DNA from: Bacteroidota bacterium
GTDB taxonomy: Bacteria; Bacteroidota; Ignavibacteria; UBA10030
Length of the DNA stretch: 64,000 nt
Assembly (NCBI GenBank): GCA_026416125.1
Contig: JAOAFT010000004.1
Span: 70,448-134,447 of the forward strand
Direction: 5' to 3'
The translations under genes and the position numbers were made by a program. The notes under the pieces are model-generated. The model saw only the letters and a list, made by a program, of their open reading frames with translations. It was not told the origin of the DNA and did no database searches. Below, in pieces: positions 10,684-21,284 of the stretch. Each line of letters opens with the position of its first letter. Within the stretch, counting starts at the first letter, position 1.

Positions 10684-11459
10684 AGTTCATCCTCCTCATC
10701 AATGTTGGGGAGTTCTCTGAGTACCTCAGCAGCGCGTCGACGACTTTGTGTCGGTCGATCAGAACGTACTTTTCCATCACGGAAAATGATTTGCCGTTTT
10801 GCATACTGTGCGATGTCAGGTTCATGTGTCACAAGAACGATAGTAATACCTTGATCGTTGAGTTGTTGAAAGATGTCCATAATTTCTACACTTGTGCGAC
10901 TGTCGAGATTTCCTGTCGGTTCATCTGCAAGAACGATGCTTGGGTTGTTCACAAGTGCACGTGCAATGGCGACGCGCTGTTGTTGCCCTCCAGAAAGTTG
11001 GTTGGGGTAGTGGTACAAACGATCACCTAATCCCACGCGCTGTAAAGCCTCGATAGCTCGTTGTCGACGGTCTTTCGAAGGAAGTGAGCTGTAGAGGAGA
11101 GGGAGTTCTACATTTTCCAATGCTGTTGTTCGGGAAAGAAGATTAAATCCCTGGAATACAAATCCAATTTTTCTATTCCGAATTACAGCTAGTTCGTCAC
11201 GGGATAACGTATTTACGTCAATACCATCAAGAAGATAACTACCACGCGTGGGCTTGTCCAAACATCCAAGGATGTTCATGAAGGTCGATTTTCCTGAGCC
11301 AGAAGCTCCCATAATGGCAACGAATTCGCCCCGATCGATCTGGAGTGTAACACCTCGAAGAGCATGTACATCAACCTCTCCGAGTGTATAGATTTTAACA
11401 AGGTGGTCAACAACAATAAAATGTCCGTTCCTCTGCATAGTGATTGTAGTGCCGATCAT
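10680..11459 (-). CDS. MacB/LolD-family ABC transporter ATP-binding protein
   Basis: [38 protein letters not shown]. Confidence 0.95.
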   Translation of the reverse strand: MIGTTITMQRNGHFIVVDHLVKIYTLGEVDVHALRGVTLQIDRGEFVAIMGASGSGKSTFMNILGCLDKPTRGSYLLDGIDVNTLSRDELAVIRNRKIGFVFQGFNLLSRTTALENVELPLLYSSLPSKDRRQRAIEALQRVGLGDRLYHYPNQLSGGQQQRVAIARALVNNPSIVLADEPTGNLDSRTSVEIMDIFQQLNDQGITIVLVTHEPDIAQYAKRQIIFRDGKVRSDRPTQSRRRAAEVLRELPNIDEEDEL

Positions 11460-12859
11460 CGAGGTGGCCCTCCCATTGGGGTGGTACTTCGTGTAAGTGG
11501 ACTCGTTTGTGTTGGTGTATTGTTCGAGAGAAGTCCGGTTACAATTTTTTGTCCTTCATTCAGGGGACCAATACGAATCTCTGTGTACTTCCCATCGTTT
11601 AACCCTGTACGCAAGTGGACAGGTACAAGTTTCCCCTTCTCATTTGCAATCCATACGCGACCGAAACCAGCGGTTTTCGATGCGTCGTACGCACTTTTCT
11701 GGTATTCAGGAAAGGTTGGGATAATACCATACGTCCGTCGTGTTGGTGGGAGGAGCGCTTGTTGTCCTACGGGCTGAGCAGTCGAAAATTGTTCCTGCGA
11801 AGTAACAGAAGGATGGAATCGTGTTCCACCAGTACGTGCAACACGGTCTTTCTTCTCATGTGAATGTTGTGATGGTTGCTGCTGTGATTCAGTTCGCGTT
11901 GTATCAACGAGTTCTGACGGTGGCTGAAATCGAAGAGCCATGTTCGGTACTCGGAGTACGTTGAATGCCTCACCTACAAGAATTTTAACGTTTGCTGTCA
12001 TTCCTGGCATTAACTTCAAGTGAGTATTATCAACATCGATAATGACTACATAGTTGACAACATTTTGAATGGTTGTTGGTGCTAATCGAATTTGTGAAAC
12101 AACGCCTTCAAATTTCTCTTCGGGATACGCGTCGACTGTAAAAGTTACGTGCTGCCCAGTTGAAACACGACCGATATCAGATTCATCGACGGTAGCTTCA
12201 ACCTGCATTTTTCGCAGATCGTTTGCAATCGTATAAAGAGTAGGAGATGAAAAGCTTGCAGCAACAGTTTGACCAACATTTACTTTTCTATCAATAACCA
12301 CTCCATCAATTGGAGCATAAATTTTTGCGTATGAAAGGTTTACTTTTGCTCGCTCGAGAGATGCTTCGGCAGACTTTACTAATGCTGCTGATGTTTCGAG
12401 AGCTGTGAGTGCTGCATCGTACGTCGCTTGCGATTCAAGGTTTCGTTCGTAGAGCGATTTCACACGCTCAAATGCTCGTTTGCTGTCTGCATACTGGGCG
12501 CGTGCTTTCTCAAGGTTTGCTTCTGCATCTCGTACTGCTTGTACAAGAAAAGTTGTATCTATTTGTGCTATGAGTTGACCTTTCTTAACAACGGAGTTGT
12601 AATCAGCATACAGCTTCGCAATGATGCCAGAAACCTGGGTCCCTACTTCAACGGTTGTTACTGGATTTATTGTCCCTGTTGCAGTGACGTAAACTTGAAT
12701 GTCGCCTCGAGAAACTGTGTCGAATCGATACTGAACTTGAGACTCCGATGTTCCTTTCACAATGAGAATCGCAATAACGGTGAACGAAAGTACAATACTA
12801 GGGACCCATACTTTCCAAGTTCTTGCAAGAAATTCTTTCATAGTGCCCTCATTTAACAT
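11456..12859 (-). CDS. MacA-like periplasmic adaptor (membrane fusion protein)
   Basis: N-terminal [11 protein letters not shown], helical hairpin, [17 protein letters not shown]. Start may be 12841. Confidence 0.92.
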   Translation of the reverse strand: MLNEGTMKEFLARTWKVWVPSIVLSFTVIAILIVKGTSESQVQYRFDTVSRGDIQVYVTATGTINPVTTVEVGTQVSGIIAKLYADYNSVVKKGQLIAQIDTTFLVQAVRDAEANLEKARAQYADSKRAFERVKSLYERNLESQATYDAALTALETSAALVKSAEASLERAKVNLSYAKIYAPIDGVVIDRKVNVGQTVAASFSSPTLYTIANDLRKMQVEATVDESDIGRVSTGQHVTFTVDAYPEEKFEGVVSQIRLAPTTIQNVVNYVVIIDVDNTHLKLMPGMTANVKILVGEAFNVLRVPNMALRFQPPSELVDTTRTESQQQPSQHSHEKKDRVARTGGTRFHPSVTSQEQFSTAQPVGQQALLPPTRRTYGIIPTFPEYQKSAYDASKTAGFGRVWIANEKGKLVPVHLRTGLNDGKYTEIRIGPLNEGQKIVTGLLSNNTPTQTSPLTRSTTPMGGPPR

Positions 12860-12980
12860 GTAGTATGTAAGTATTTTTTGAACGTCTATTAAATAAAACG
12901 AGGAAAATGAAAAAGAGTTTCTCGAGTGTAGATTTGAAGGGAAGAATTTACACAGAGAGAGGTTGCTTTGAGAGTTTGCA

Positions 12981-13007
12981 GAAAGGGCTTCGTTAATGAC
13001 GAAGCCC
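12981..13007 (-). terminator. Probable intrinsic terminator of the ferritin gene
   Basis: Perfect 9-bp stem GGGCTTCGT / ACGAAGCCC (12985-13007), 10 nt past the stop, followed by a short T-run on the minus strand. Confidence 0.7.
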
Positions 13008-13017
13008 CAGGAAAAAG

Positions 13018-13515
13018 TTATTCTTCTTCGGCTTTTCGTTTTCCTAATTGGTGATCGAGGTGTAGTAGCATCCCTTTTGAATCGCCGATCATTTCTAATT
13101 TTGCAATGATTTCAGAGGCGTTCTTTTCTTCTTCAACTTGTTCGTCGATAAACCATTGTAACATTACTTGAGCAGGATAGTCTTTTTCTTTCAATGATAG
13201 TTCGTAGAGTGAATTAATAAGTCCGGTCACTTTTTTCTCGTGTTGAAGTGCTTGTTGGAAACTATCGAGTGGTGATTTGAACTCCGTAGGAGGTTGAGCA
13301 ATAGATTTTAGTGTGACTTTATCACCCCGATCGAGAATAAAGTTGTAAATTTTTAGTGCATGTCCAACTTCTTCTTGTGCTTGTACTTTCATCCAGTGAG
13401 CGAAACCATTGAGGTTGTTCGCCTCGAAATATGCAGACATCGAAAGATAGAGATACGCTGCGTAAAATTCATGGTTTACTTGGTCATTCAAAGCTGTAAG
13501 CAAGGTCGTTGTCAT
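13018..13515 (-). CDS. ftnA: Non-heme ferritin
   Basis: LNDQVNHEFYAAYLYLSMS, QAQEEVGHA, HEKKVT, WFIDEQVEEE. Confidence 0.95.
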   Translation of the reverse strand: MTTTLLTALNDQVNHEFYAAYLYLSMSAYFEANNLNGFAHWMKVQAQEEVGHALKIYNFILDRGDKVTLKSIAQPPTEFKSPLDSFQQALQHEKKVTGLINSLYELSLKEKDYPAQVMLQWFIDEQVEEEKNASEIIAKLEMIGDSKGMLLHLDHQLGKRKAEEE

Positions 13516-13629
13516 ACGTAATCTCCTTTTGGTTGGTTAATAGTGTTGTTTCTTACCTTGAAAGATAAAGAATTTACACCTATTTTTAAATAGTGAAAAC
13601 TCTACAGTAGAAAGGATAGGTGAAACTCA

Positions 13630-13932
13630 ATGCCGACATATCAATACCGTTGTAGTCAGTGTAACTATGAATTTGAAGAATTTCAATCAATAAACGACGA
13701 ACCCCTCGTTAAGTGCCCTTCGTGTACAGAACCACAGTTGAAACGATTGCTTTCTGGTGGTACAGGGCTCATTTTTAAAGGGAGTGGGTTCTACCTTACA
13801 GACTATAAAAAATCGAACTCTTCACAACAACAAAACTCTTCCTCTTCCCAACCACAAGAGTCGACAAAACACTCGACGAAGACAGAAGTTTCGACTTCCA
13901 CAAGCTCTTCACTCGAGAAGAGTACCGTATAA
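13630..13932 (+). CDS. FmdB-family zinc-ribbon protein
   Basis: MPTYQYRCSQC...CPSC...FKGSGFYLTDY, with a Ser/Thr/Gln-rich tail. Confidence 0.92.
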   Translation: MPTYQYRCSQCNYEFEEFQSINDEPLVKCPSCTEPQLKRLLSGGTGLIFKGSGFYLTDYKKSNSSQQQNSSSSQPQESTKHSTKTEVSTSTSSSLEKSTV

Positions 13933-13949
13933 TAGTGCATGGCGTTCTG

Positions 13950-13986
13950 AAAAAGCCCTGTACACACCAGAGTACAGGGCTTTTTT
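13950..13986 (+). terminator. Intrinsic (likely bidirectional) terminator
   Basis: AAAAA-GCCCTGTAC-loop-GTACAGGGC-TTTTTT. Confidence 0.88.
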
Positions 13987-14067
13987 ATTCACACCGTGTG
14001 AATTAGTGAGGTACATTTGAAATGTTTGGAACGATTCCTATATTACATCAAACGCGAGGGCTTGGTT

Positions 14068-14769
14068 GTGCAAATAGCTATTCTCTCCGATATTCATTCG
14101 AATCTCGAAGCACTAGAAGCGGTACTCCGATCACTAAAGCGCTACAAACCGGACACTATTGTGTGTTTAGGTGATGTTGTTGGATATGGTGCAAATCCGA
14201 ATGAGTGTGTTGATCTTATACGGCAACACTGTCACCTTGTTCTCCAAGGAAATCATGATGCAGCTCTTCTCGATCAGCAATTAAAGTATTACTTCACTGA
14301 GCATGCGAGAATTGCCATCGAATGGACATTAGAACAGATTAGTACACCACGCTTGGATTATCTTCGATCGTTGCAATTGACAGCTCGCATGGAAAATCTA
14401 CTGTTTGTGCATTCTGCTCCAACAGATCCAAAACGGTGGGAATACATTGTTGATGAATATGATGCTATAAAGCACTTTTCGTCCTTTCAAGAACGACTTT
14501 GTTTCGTTGGACACTCACACATACCAGGAATATATTCGGAAGAAGGTCGAAAGCCTCTTATCGATGCTCAAAGACGATTCATAATTAATGTAGGAAGTGT
14601 AGGGCAGCCACGAGATGGTGATTCACGCGCATGCTACGCACTCTTCAATACAAAAACCACAATGTATGAGTGCATAAGAGTTGAGTACAAAGTAGAACTT
14701 ACAGTAAAAAAAATTCTGGATGCAGGGTTACCATCTCACCTTGGGTATCGGTTGTACAATGGGGTATAG
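14068..14769 (+). CDS. Calcineurin-like metallophosphoesterase
   Basis: SDIHSN, GDVVGYG, GNHD, VHS, GHSH, NVGSVGQPRDGD. Likely GTG start at 14068. Confidence 0.92.
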   Translation: MQIAILSDIHSNLEALEAVLRSLKRYKPDTIVCLGDVVGYGANPNECVDLIRQHCHLVLQGNHDAALLDQQLKYYFTEHARIAIEWTLEQISTPRLDYLRSLQLTARMENLLFVHSAPTDPKRWEYIVDEYDAIKHFSSFQERLCFVGHSHIPGIYSEEGRKPLIDAQRRFIINVGSVGQPRDGDSRACYALFNTKTTMYECIRVEYKVELTVKKILDAGLPSHLGYRLYNGV

Positions 14770-14893
14770 TAAAAAATTGAGATGCCCAAAAACTTGATAA
14801 ATTCTCGAGACTGTTTTAAATTACCAGTAAACATCCTAGGAATAGAAAAGGGGTATTTACTGCTATGAGGTGGAGGTAAAGCGAGGAGTGATA

Positions 14894-15298
14894 ATGGATA
14901 TTTCGCCAGAAAGTGTTAGCAAAACATCAGGGAAAGTAGTCCTCTACCTTGCGGGGCTTATTTTAGCTGGAATTGATGGTGACTTGAATAAAGAGGAATT
15001 AGATAAACTTACCTCAATTCTCCAACCTGAAGATTGGATGATCAGTGATGCGATGGAAATATACAGTTGGCTTCCAACAAGTGAAAGCATTAAAGTTGTT
15101 GCAAATTCGTTAACGGAGGAACAGAAGAAAATTGCTTTCAAATTTTTGTGTAAGTATTCCCACGTTGACAATGATTTCCACCAATCCGAACAACTCCTCT
15201 TGAACCGTTTTGCAGAAGTTTTTGGATTTGATGAGGCGACCAAGCAGAAACTAGTGAAAGAAAAATTCAGTCCTGAAGAGTTAAAGATTTTTAAGTAA
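14894..15298 (+). CDS. TerB-like protein
   Basis: Two TerB half-motifs, IDGDLNKEE and VDNDFHQSE. AT-rich codon use. GGAG RBS before ATG 14894. Confidence 0.7.
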   Translation: MDISPESVSKTSGKVVLYLAGLILAGIDGDLNKEELDKLTSILQPEDWMISDAMEIYSWLPTSESIKVVANSLTEEQKKIAFKFLCKYSHVDNDFHQSEQLLLNRFAEVFGFDEATKQKLVKEKFSPEELKIFK

Positions 15299-15305
15299 TT
15301 TCGCA

Positions 15306-15947
15306 TCAACTTTTTTTGTTGTCTTTATACCACGCGCAGTGCTGAAAGAGGGGGCAATTGTCGCAGTGAGGATTTTTTGGACGACAAACTTCCCTTCCGA
15401 GATATGAGAATGCCATTCCTGCGTCATGCCAGAGGTGTTGTGGCAGAACACTCATCAGAGCTTTCTCTATTTTTTCTGGTTTTGTTTCTGATGTAATACC
15501 TAATCGTGGTACAACACGAGCGACATGAAGATCAATGAAGATGCCTTGTGGAGGTGCGCCAAGTTCCCTAAGAATAACGTTAGCAGTTTTTCGGCCAATA
15601 CCTGGGAGACTCGTAAGCTCTTCAATGGAACGAGGGTACTCCTGTTTATTAGCTAATGACTTTGCAATTGCAATAATCCATTCAGCTTTTTTCCGATATC
15701 CTCTGACTGATTGGATGAATGGATACAATTCCGATGGTGTTGCCTGTGCAAGTGATTTAAATGATGGGTATTTCTCAAATAAAGTTGGAGCGATTGAGTT
15801 GATCAGAGCATCAGTAGTTTGTGCTGAGAGGACTATCATAATTGTTAGTTCGTACACATTCCGGTATGCTAAAGGATGTTTGCGGGATCCGTAAATTTTG
15901 AGTAATGGTTGTAAAATTGTTTCCCATCTTTTGGTAGTTGCGTTCAT
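15306..15947 (-). CDS. nth: Endonuclease III
   Basis: LSAQTTD, HhH motif LPGIGRKTANV, IDLHV, 4Fe-4S motif CRPKNPHCDNCPLFQHC. ATG overlaps the lon stop (ATGA). Confidence 0.93.
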   Translation of the reverse strand: MNATTKRWETILQPLLKIYGSRKHPLAYRNVYELTIMIVLSAQTTDALINSIAPTLFEKYPSFKSLAQATPSELYPFIQSVRGYRKKAEWIIAIAKSLANKQEYPRSIEELTSLPGIGRKTANVILRELGAPPQGIFIDLHVARVVPRLGITSETKPEKIEKALMSVLPQHLWHDAGMAFSYLGREVCRPKNPHCDNCPLFQHCAWYKDNKKS

Positions 15948-18409
15948 ACAGAACGTTTCCCTTCGTACTCTTTCCAAGCGTCAGCATATGACTGTAGCTT
16001 TTTATCGACTAAAGAATACACTGTCCCTGTCTCAAATGTACCATTTCGTAGGCGTTTTCCAGCTTTCACGCCTGTAAGGATTTCAATTCCTTCGTCGATA
16101 GAACGCACTGCGTAAATGTGGAAAATTCCTTTCTTTACAGCTTCATAGATTTCTTCTTTGAGCATAAGGTCACCAACGTTTTGAACTGGGATGATAACCC
16201 CTTGTGTACCAGTAAGACCTTGAATTTTACAGACATCGAAAAAGCCCTCAATTTTTTCGTTCACACCACCAATAGGTTGTATTTCTCCTTGTTGATTTAC
16301 TGATCCTGTTACGGCTATATCCTGGCGGAGTGGGAGTTCTGCTAAGCTTGAGAGAAGTGCGTAGAGTTCAGCAGACGATGCACTATCTCCATCTACACCA
16401 CCGTAGGATTGCTCGAAAGTAAGACTCGCGTCCATAACAAGAGGTTTGTTTTGTGCAAAAAGACTCCTGAAGTATCCAGAAAGAATAGCAACACCTTTGT
16501 TATGGGTTGGTCCACTTAGTTGTGCTTCTCGTTCGATGTTGATAACGCCATTGTGTCCTAACGATGTTCGAGCTGTGATACGAGTTGGTTTTCCGAATGT
16601 GTACTCACCAGTGTTGGTGATAGAGAGTCCGTTGACTTGCCCAATCGAAAATCCTCGTGTGTCGATAAGAATGGTGCCATTCGCTATAAGTTCCTGTATT
16701 TTTTCTTCGACAAGCTTGATGCGGTAGATTCGTTCGTTCAGAGCCTTGTCAACGTGGTATGCACTGACAAGTGTAGTGTTATCTTTCTGTGCCCAGTAGT
16801 TTGCTTCTCTGATGACATCAGCAATAATGTTGAAGCGAGTAGAGAGTTTCTTTTGGTGTCCAGCGAGTCGAGCGCCGTACTCAATGATTTGGGCGAGTGC
16901 AGAAGCATCGAAAGGTAAGAGGTGTTCATCATCGCAGAGCATTTTTACAAACCGGAGGTACTGTCGTATAGTGTGTTTTGTTCGGGGCATTTCGAAGTCG
17001 AAGTCTGCTCGTACCTTGAAAATTTTTTTGAAATCCTCGTCACGGTAGTAAAGGAGATAGTAAAGGTATGCATCGCCGATCATGATTACTTTTACATTAA
17101 TATCAATTGGTTCAGGCTTTAGAGTGATTGTTGAAAATCCAATGAATGGTTCAAATGATTGGATGTCGACAGCTCCGGTACGGAGTGTACGCTTTAGCTC
17201 TTGCCACACGCCAGGTTCAAGTAGAACATCGAGAGAATTGAGAACGAGGTATCCACCGTCTGCTCGTAAGAGAGATCCAGCTTTTATCCGTGTGAAGTCA
17301 GTTCTCCATATACCACCTTTCTCATACTCACGTTCAATTGTACCAAAGATATTCCGATATTTTGGATTCGTTTCGATGATGATTGGTACATGGTTCGTTT
17401 CTGAGTTATCGACGAGTACATTGACGTGGTACTCGATGAAGGAATCCTCTTTTACCTCTTCTTTTTGTTCCGATTCACTGACTTGTTGCTGTTGACCACG
17501 AAAACGCTCAAGGTTAATCTTGATGCTGTTGCGTACATCATCAAAGTAGGCTTGTACTTTCGGGTAAGGGTAAATGGCTTTCAACGATTCTATAGCATCG
17601 TCAACAACGGGCATAACAATGGTTTCATCGAGTTGAGCAATTGAGTGTTGGACTTTTTTCTCAATATTTCTGAGTTCTCTGAAAACAGCACCCATTTGCT
17701 TTTCAAGTTCTGTAAGGGCAGATCGGAGTGCATCGAGTTGTTCTTGAGAAAACTCACCTCTTTCCACCATTTGTTCGATCTGTTCAAGAGGTGTGGGGGT
17801 ACCGTTTACAACGGGGACAATATCCGGACGTAGGATATTTCCGACCTGTACTTGGACTAAATCGAACCCCTGCGATTTCACACGTCGTTCAAAATCTTGA
17901 AGGACACTTTTTTGTCGATCCTGAAAGTGTTGCACAATAGTTTTTCGTGCATGTTGGTACCGGCGACTCTCGTACACAGAAGGTATGGTTGCTCGAAGTT
18001 CTTTAATGAGGGATTGCATGTCGTGAGCGAGTTGTTTTCCTTTCCCTGCAGGAAGAGAGAGAGCGAGAGGTGTATCGGGACTTTTGAAGTTGTAGACATA
18101 GCAATGATCTCGGAGAGGCACATTTTGAGTTTCAAAATCTCGAAGTAACCGTTTAATTGTTGTCGTTCGTCCTGTTCCACTGAGACCCGTAACAAAAATG
18201 TTGTACCCAAAGTGATTCATCTCTAGTCCAACACGAAGAGCACGAAGAGCGCGTTCCTGTCCGATGATTTCGCGTGTTGGTTGTATATCATCTGTTGTGC
18301 GAATACCAAGTGATTGAGGATCACATTGCCACCGTAATTTTGACGGAGGAAGTGTTTTGTAAGATTTCGCTTTTTTCAAAGAATTGAGTGTTGTGGTTTT
18401 CATTGTCAA
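15944..18409 (-). CDS. Lon-family protease, LonC type (AAA-like domain plus Lon protease domain)
   Basis: IIGQERAL, GLSGTGRTT, AGSLLRADGGYL; Ser-Lys dyad motifs DGDSASSAE and GGVNEKIEGFF. Confidence 0.92.
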   Translation of the reverse strand: MTMKTTTLNSLKKAKSYKTLPPSKLRWQCDPQSLGIRTTDDIQPTREIIGQERALRALRVGLEMNHFGYNIFVTGLSGTGRTTTIKRLLRDFETQNVPLRDHCYVYNFKSPDTPLALSLPAGKGKQLAHDMQSLIKELRATIPSVYESRRYQHARKTIVQHFQDRQKSVLQDFERRVKSQGFDLVQVQVGNILRPDIVPVVNGTPTPLEQIEQMVERGEFSQEQLDALRSALTELEKQMGAVFRELRNIEKKVQHSIAQLDETIVMPVVDDAIESLKAIYPYPKVQAYFDDVRNSIKINLERFRGQQQQVSESEQKEEVKEDSFIEYHVNVLVDNSETNHVPIIIETNPKYRNIFGTIEREYEKGGIWRTDFTRIKAGSLLRADGGYLVLNSLDVLLEPGVWQELKRTLRTGAVDIQSFEPFIGFSTITLKPEPIDINVKVIMIGDAYLYYLLYYRDEDFKKIFKVRADFDFEMPRTKHTIRQYLRFVKMLCDDEHLLPFDASALAQIIEYGARLAGHQKKLSTRFNIIADVIREANYWAQKDNTTLVSAYHVDKALNERIYRIKLVEEKIQELIANGTILIDTRGFSIGQVNGLSITNTGEYTFGKPTRITARTSLGHNGVINIEREAQLSGPTHNKGVAILSGYFRSLFAQNKPLVMDASLTFEQSYGGVDGDSASSAELYALLSSLAELPLRQDIAVTGSVNQQGEIQPIGGVNEKIEGFFDVCKIQGLTGTQGVIIPVQNVGDLMLKEEIYEAVKKGIFHIYAVRSIDEGIEILTGVKAGKRLRNGTFETGTVYSLVDKKLQSYADAWKEYEGKRSV

Positions 18410-18437
18410 CGTTACCCTACTTATAGTTCAGGATAGA

Positions 18438-19127
18438 TCATTTAACAATGCGTTCGCGTAATACTTTCGCAACGAGTTGTTCTCGTGTATGGGTTCCTAG
18501 CTTTTTGAAAATGTTTTTTATGTGAGTACGCACGGTATGTTCACTGATGAAAAGTTGCTCTGCTATTTGTTGGGTTGAATTACCATTGACAACGTGCTGG
18601 ATAATTTCACGTTCACGCTCGGAAAGAGCATATGTAGCGAGAGAAGGTTGAGTAAGAGGAAGGATACTGAGAACCTTAGGAACGATGAGCGGATCGAGCG
18701 GCATACCACCTTTCATTGTAGCGTGAATACCTGACACAAGTTCTTCGAACGATGAAGATTTAAGAAGGTACCCCGATGCTCCTAGTTCAAGTGCTTCCTG
18801 AATGGCAGAGTCTTGAGAATTAACTGTTAGCATTACCACGCGTACTTCAGGTGCAACAAGCTTAATTTGGGCTAACGTTTCAATACCTGAAATACCGGGC
18901 ATGTTAATATCGAGGAGGATAATGTCAGGTTCCGTTGATTGTGATTCGAGATATTCTAAAAGCGATCGTCCTTCTGAGAATACTTTCGTGCAAGCTATGT
19001 CAGAATGTTTGGTGAAAAATTCGCTGAGAACAGTTGTAAATCGTGGATTATCGTCAACCAACCAAATTGTAATAGATCGATTCTCTGCAATATTCGCGTG
19101 GTTATTTTGCATGCGGTTTTTTTTCAT
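18438..19127 (-). CDS. NarL/LuxR-family response regulator (no kinase in window)
   Basis: VDDN, LLDINMPG, GYLLK; LuxR HTH LSERERE...ISEHTVRTHIKNIFKKL. Confidence 0.93.
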   Translation of the reverse strand: MKKNRMQNNHANIAENRSITIWLVDDNPRFTTVLSEFFTKHSDIACTKVFSEGRSLLEYLESQSTEPDIILLDINMPGISGIETLAQIKLVAPEVRVVMLTVNSQDSAIQEALELGASGYLLKSSSFEELVSGIHATMKGGMPLDPLIVPKVLSILPLTQPSLATYALSEREREIIQHVVNGNSTQQIAEQLFISEHTVRTHIKNIFKKLGTHTREQLVAKVLRERIVK

Positions 19128-19353
19128 ACCCTCCTCTACTGAGATTGATTATTCTGTCCTAAGCCTAGTAATGTCACCGCAGCTATCGAACCACCCCCTC
19201 ACTACACAAAATAGTGTATTTGACATACTTAGGCAAGACAGTTAAAAAGAAATGTATGAGCTTTTTCTTATAGAAAAGTTGATTCTCCACAACAGTTTTT
19301 CTAAATTCAATCGTGTCAGCCCAGTTTCCAATATACATTTTACGAGGCGTTCT

Positions 19354-21264
19354 ATGAAAGTACGGCTTTTGTTTGTGGGGCCCATTCTTCTATGTTCTCT
19401 CGTGTTTTCACAAGTACCAACAGTGCAATTGAAAATCAAAGAACGCTCTGGATTCCTTGGTATGGGAGGGCCACGAATTGTTCAACTTCAATTGTCGAAC
19501 CAGCAACCTCTTACTCCTATATCCTCAGAGAGTGTAAACAGTGGCGAGTACTACTACTTCTACGCCACACCGGTTGGTGACTGGAAACTTGAGCCGGAAT
19601 TTGTCGATGAAAACCTTTCGAAAGTCTCCATTTATCAAGATGGTCAGACCTATCCGATCATGTGGCGTAGCCAGGTCTTTACAATTGGAAATGGAGGGGT
19701 GGTGCTTGGTTTTTCAAAGTCGCTAAAGTTGTACAAACTTTTCCTTTTTCAATGTCCAATTGAAGAAACTGTAAACCAAGTGGAAGTTTCAATTCCACAA
19801 GAGTATTGGCCGGGGTATACATTTCTTATTATGAATATTGAAAGTGGGAAACAGTTCAGCGCAGCCAAACAGTACCGGCAAGCGTTGTGGTATTTTGAGA
19901 AAATAGTTGCTGATCAAAATTTGAAAATCTTTCCACAATTTGATGAGGTAAAAAACATACGCGTTGAGTTATACGAAAACATAGTAAAGTCTACGATGGT
20001 CGAATTTGAAAATCTCATGCGTACTGATATCAACGCAACGTTGAAAAACGCCATAGCGCAAATTGATACCTATAAGCCAACCATACAATTTGTCATTGAT
20101 TCTTTACCTCGACCTACATGGGGAATAAGTTCACTCGATCCATCAGTAGCATCAGTGCTTAACGTTGCACGAGAAGCATTGCTTCGGGTATCAACTGTAC
20201 GAGATTCCCTTCAACAGGTTCTCGATGAAAGAACAATACAATGGATTCTAACCAGTTCATCTACGGGGAAAAATGGTTACCTTTACCAATATATCATCGA
20301 AACATTCGCGTACGCGTTTGCATCGCTTCCTTTTGAAGATACTACGATAACCAAGCTTGAAGTCCGAATCTCAGAAGATATTAAACAACGACTTGTAAAA
20401 AATAATTTAATGGAGTCGTTTGAAACATTTATTCGTGTCTGTAATGAACGTTTTCAAATGCATCTCCCTATCTACCCCGTTGGCTTTTTACCAAACCTTC
20501 GGAAAGATACTGCCTCGTTTTCACTTCCGTTTTACTCAATGTTGAAAGCGGTAAGTGACTACTACTATGGTAATTGGAGCGACGCAAAAGCAGAAATTTT
20601 CAAAGTGTTTAGGACTTGTTACGAAACAGAGCTCAACACTCGGTTTGATTTACTTCGGGTAGTTATTGTCAATCGAGAATCAAACATAACACCGGATATC
20701 GTTGCCCTCATTAAGGAAGCGCAACAAGCGGAATCAAAACGTGATGTTGCAACAGCAACTGAACAGTATCGACAACTCACACTCATTGCTCCCAATTTTG
20801 CGTATGGATATTTTTTATTTGCTCGATTTTACTCACGTATTGGAGACGTGAATCGGGCTATTTTTTACTACCAACGTGCATACCAAATAGACACACTCTA
20901 CTTAACTGCATATCGTGAGTGTTACAATAGCTATCTTAAACTTGGTAACTATAAGCCGATGATTGAAGTAATGACTACAGCGCTTTCGAAAGGCAACAAT
21001 TTTTGGGAAATACATTACAACTTAGGAACAGCCTACATGGGTGACGGAGATTTAGCGAAAGCAATTCAGCATTACGAACACGCATTAACACTTAACCCAA
21101 AGAGTTACAAAGCAAACCTTCAGTTGGGGTTGGCGTACCAAAATGCAAGGAATTTTCAAAAAGCCCGAGAGTATTTCAACAATGCGATAGGTATTGATCC
21201 AACACGCCAAGAAGCTGTTGATTACCTTACTAAACTTAACGAATTGCAGAGGATGGGGAAATAA
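19354..21264 (+). CDS. Exported protein with C-terminal TPR array
   Basis: GAGG RBS, signal peptide MKVRLLFVGPILLCSLVFS, about 5 TPRs (e.g. IHYNLGTAY...KAIQHYEHALTLNP). Confidence 0.8.
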   Translation: MKVRLLFVGPILLCSLVFSQVPTVQLKIKERSGFLGMGGPRIVQLQLSNQQPLTPISSESVNSGEYYYFYATPVGDWKLEPEFVDENLSKVSIYQDGQTYPIMWRSQVFTIGNGGVVLGFSKSLKLYKLFLFQCPIEETVNQVEVSIPQEYWPGYTFLIMNIESGKQFSAAKQYRQALWYFEKIVADQNLKIFPQFDEVKNIRVELYENIVKSTMVEFENLMRTDINATLKNAIAQIDTYKPTIQFVIDSLPRPTWGISSLDPSVASVLNVAREALLRVSTVRDSLQQVLDERTIQWILTSSSTGKNGYLYQYIIETFAYAFASLPFEDTTITKLEVRISEDIKQRLVKNNLMESFETFIRVCNERFQMHLPIYPVGFLPNLRKDTASFSLPFYSMLKAVSDYYYGNWSDAKAEIFKVFRTCYETELNTRFDLLRVVIVNRESNITPDIVALIKEAQQAESKRDVATATEQYRQLTLIAPNFAYGYFLFARFYSRIGDVNRAIFYYQRAYQIDTLYLTAYRECYNSYLKLGNYKPMIEVMTTALSKGNNFWEIHYNLGTAYMGDGDLAKAIQHYEHALTLNPKSYKANLQLGLAYQNARNFQKAREYFNNAIGIDPTRQEAVDYLTKLNELQRMGK

Positions 21265-21284
21265 ACTGTATAAAGGATAGAGCA

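Noticed and set aside
13580-13593. Near-palindrome CTATTTTTAAATAG between ferritin and fmdB as a Fur/PerR box
   Set aside because: Short and AT-only in its core; likely by chance in an AT-rich promoter.
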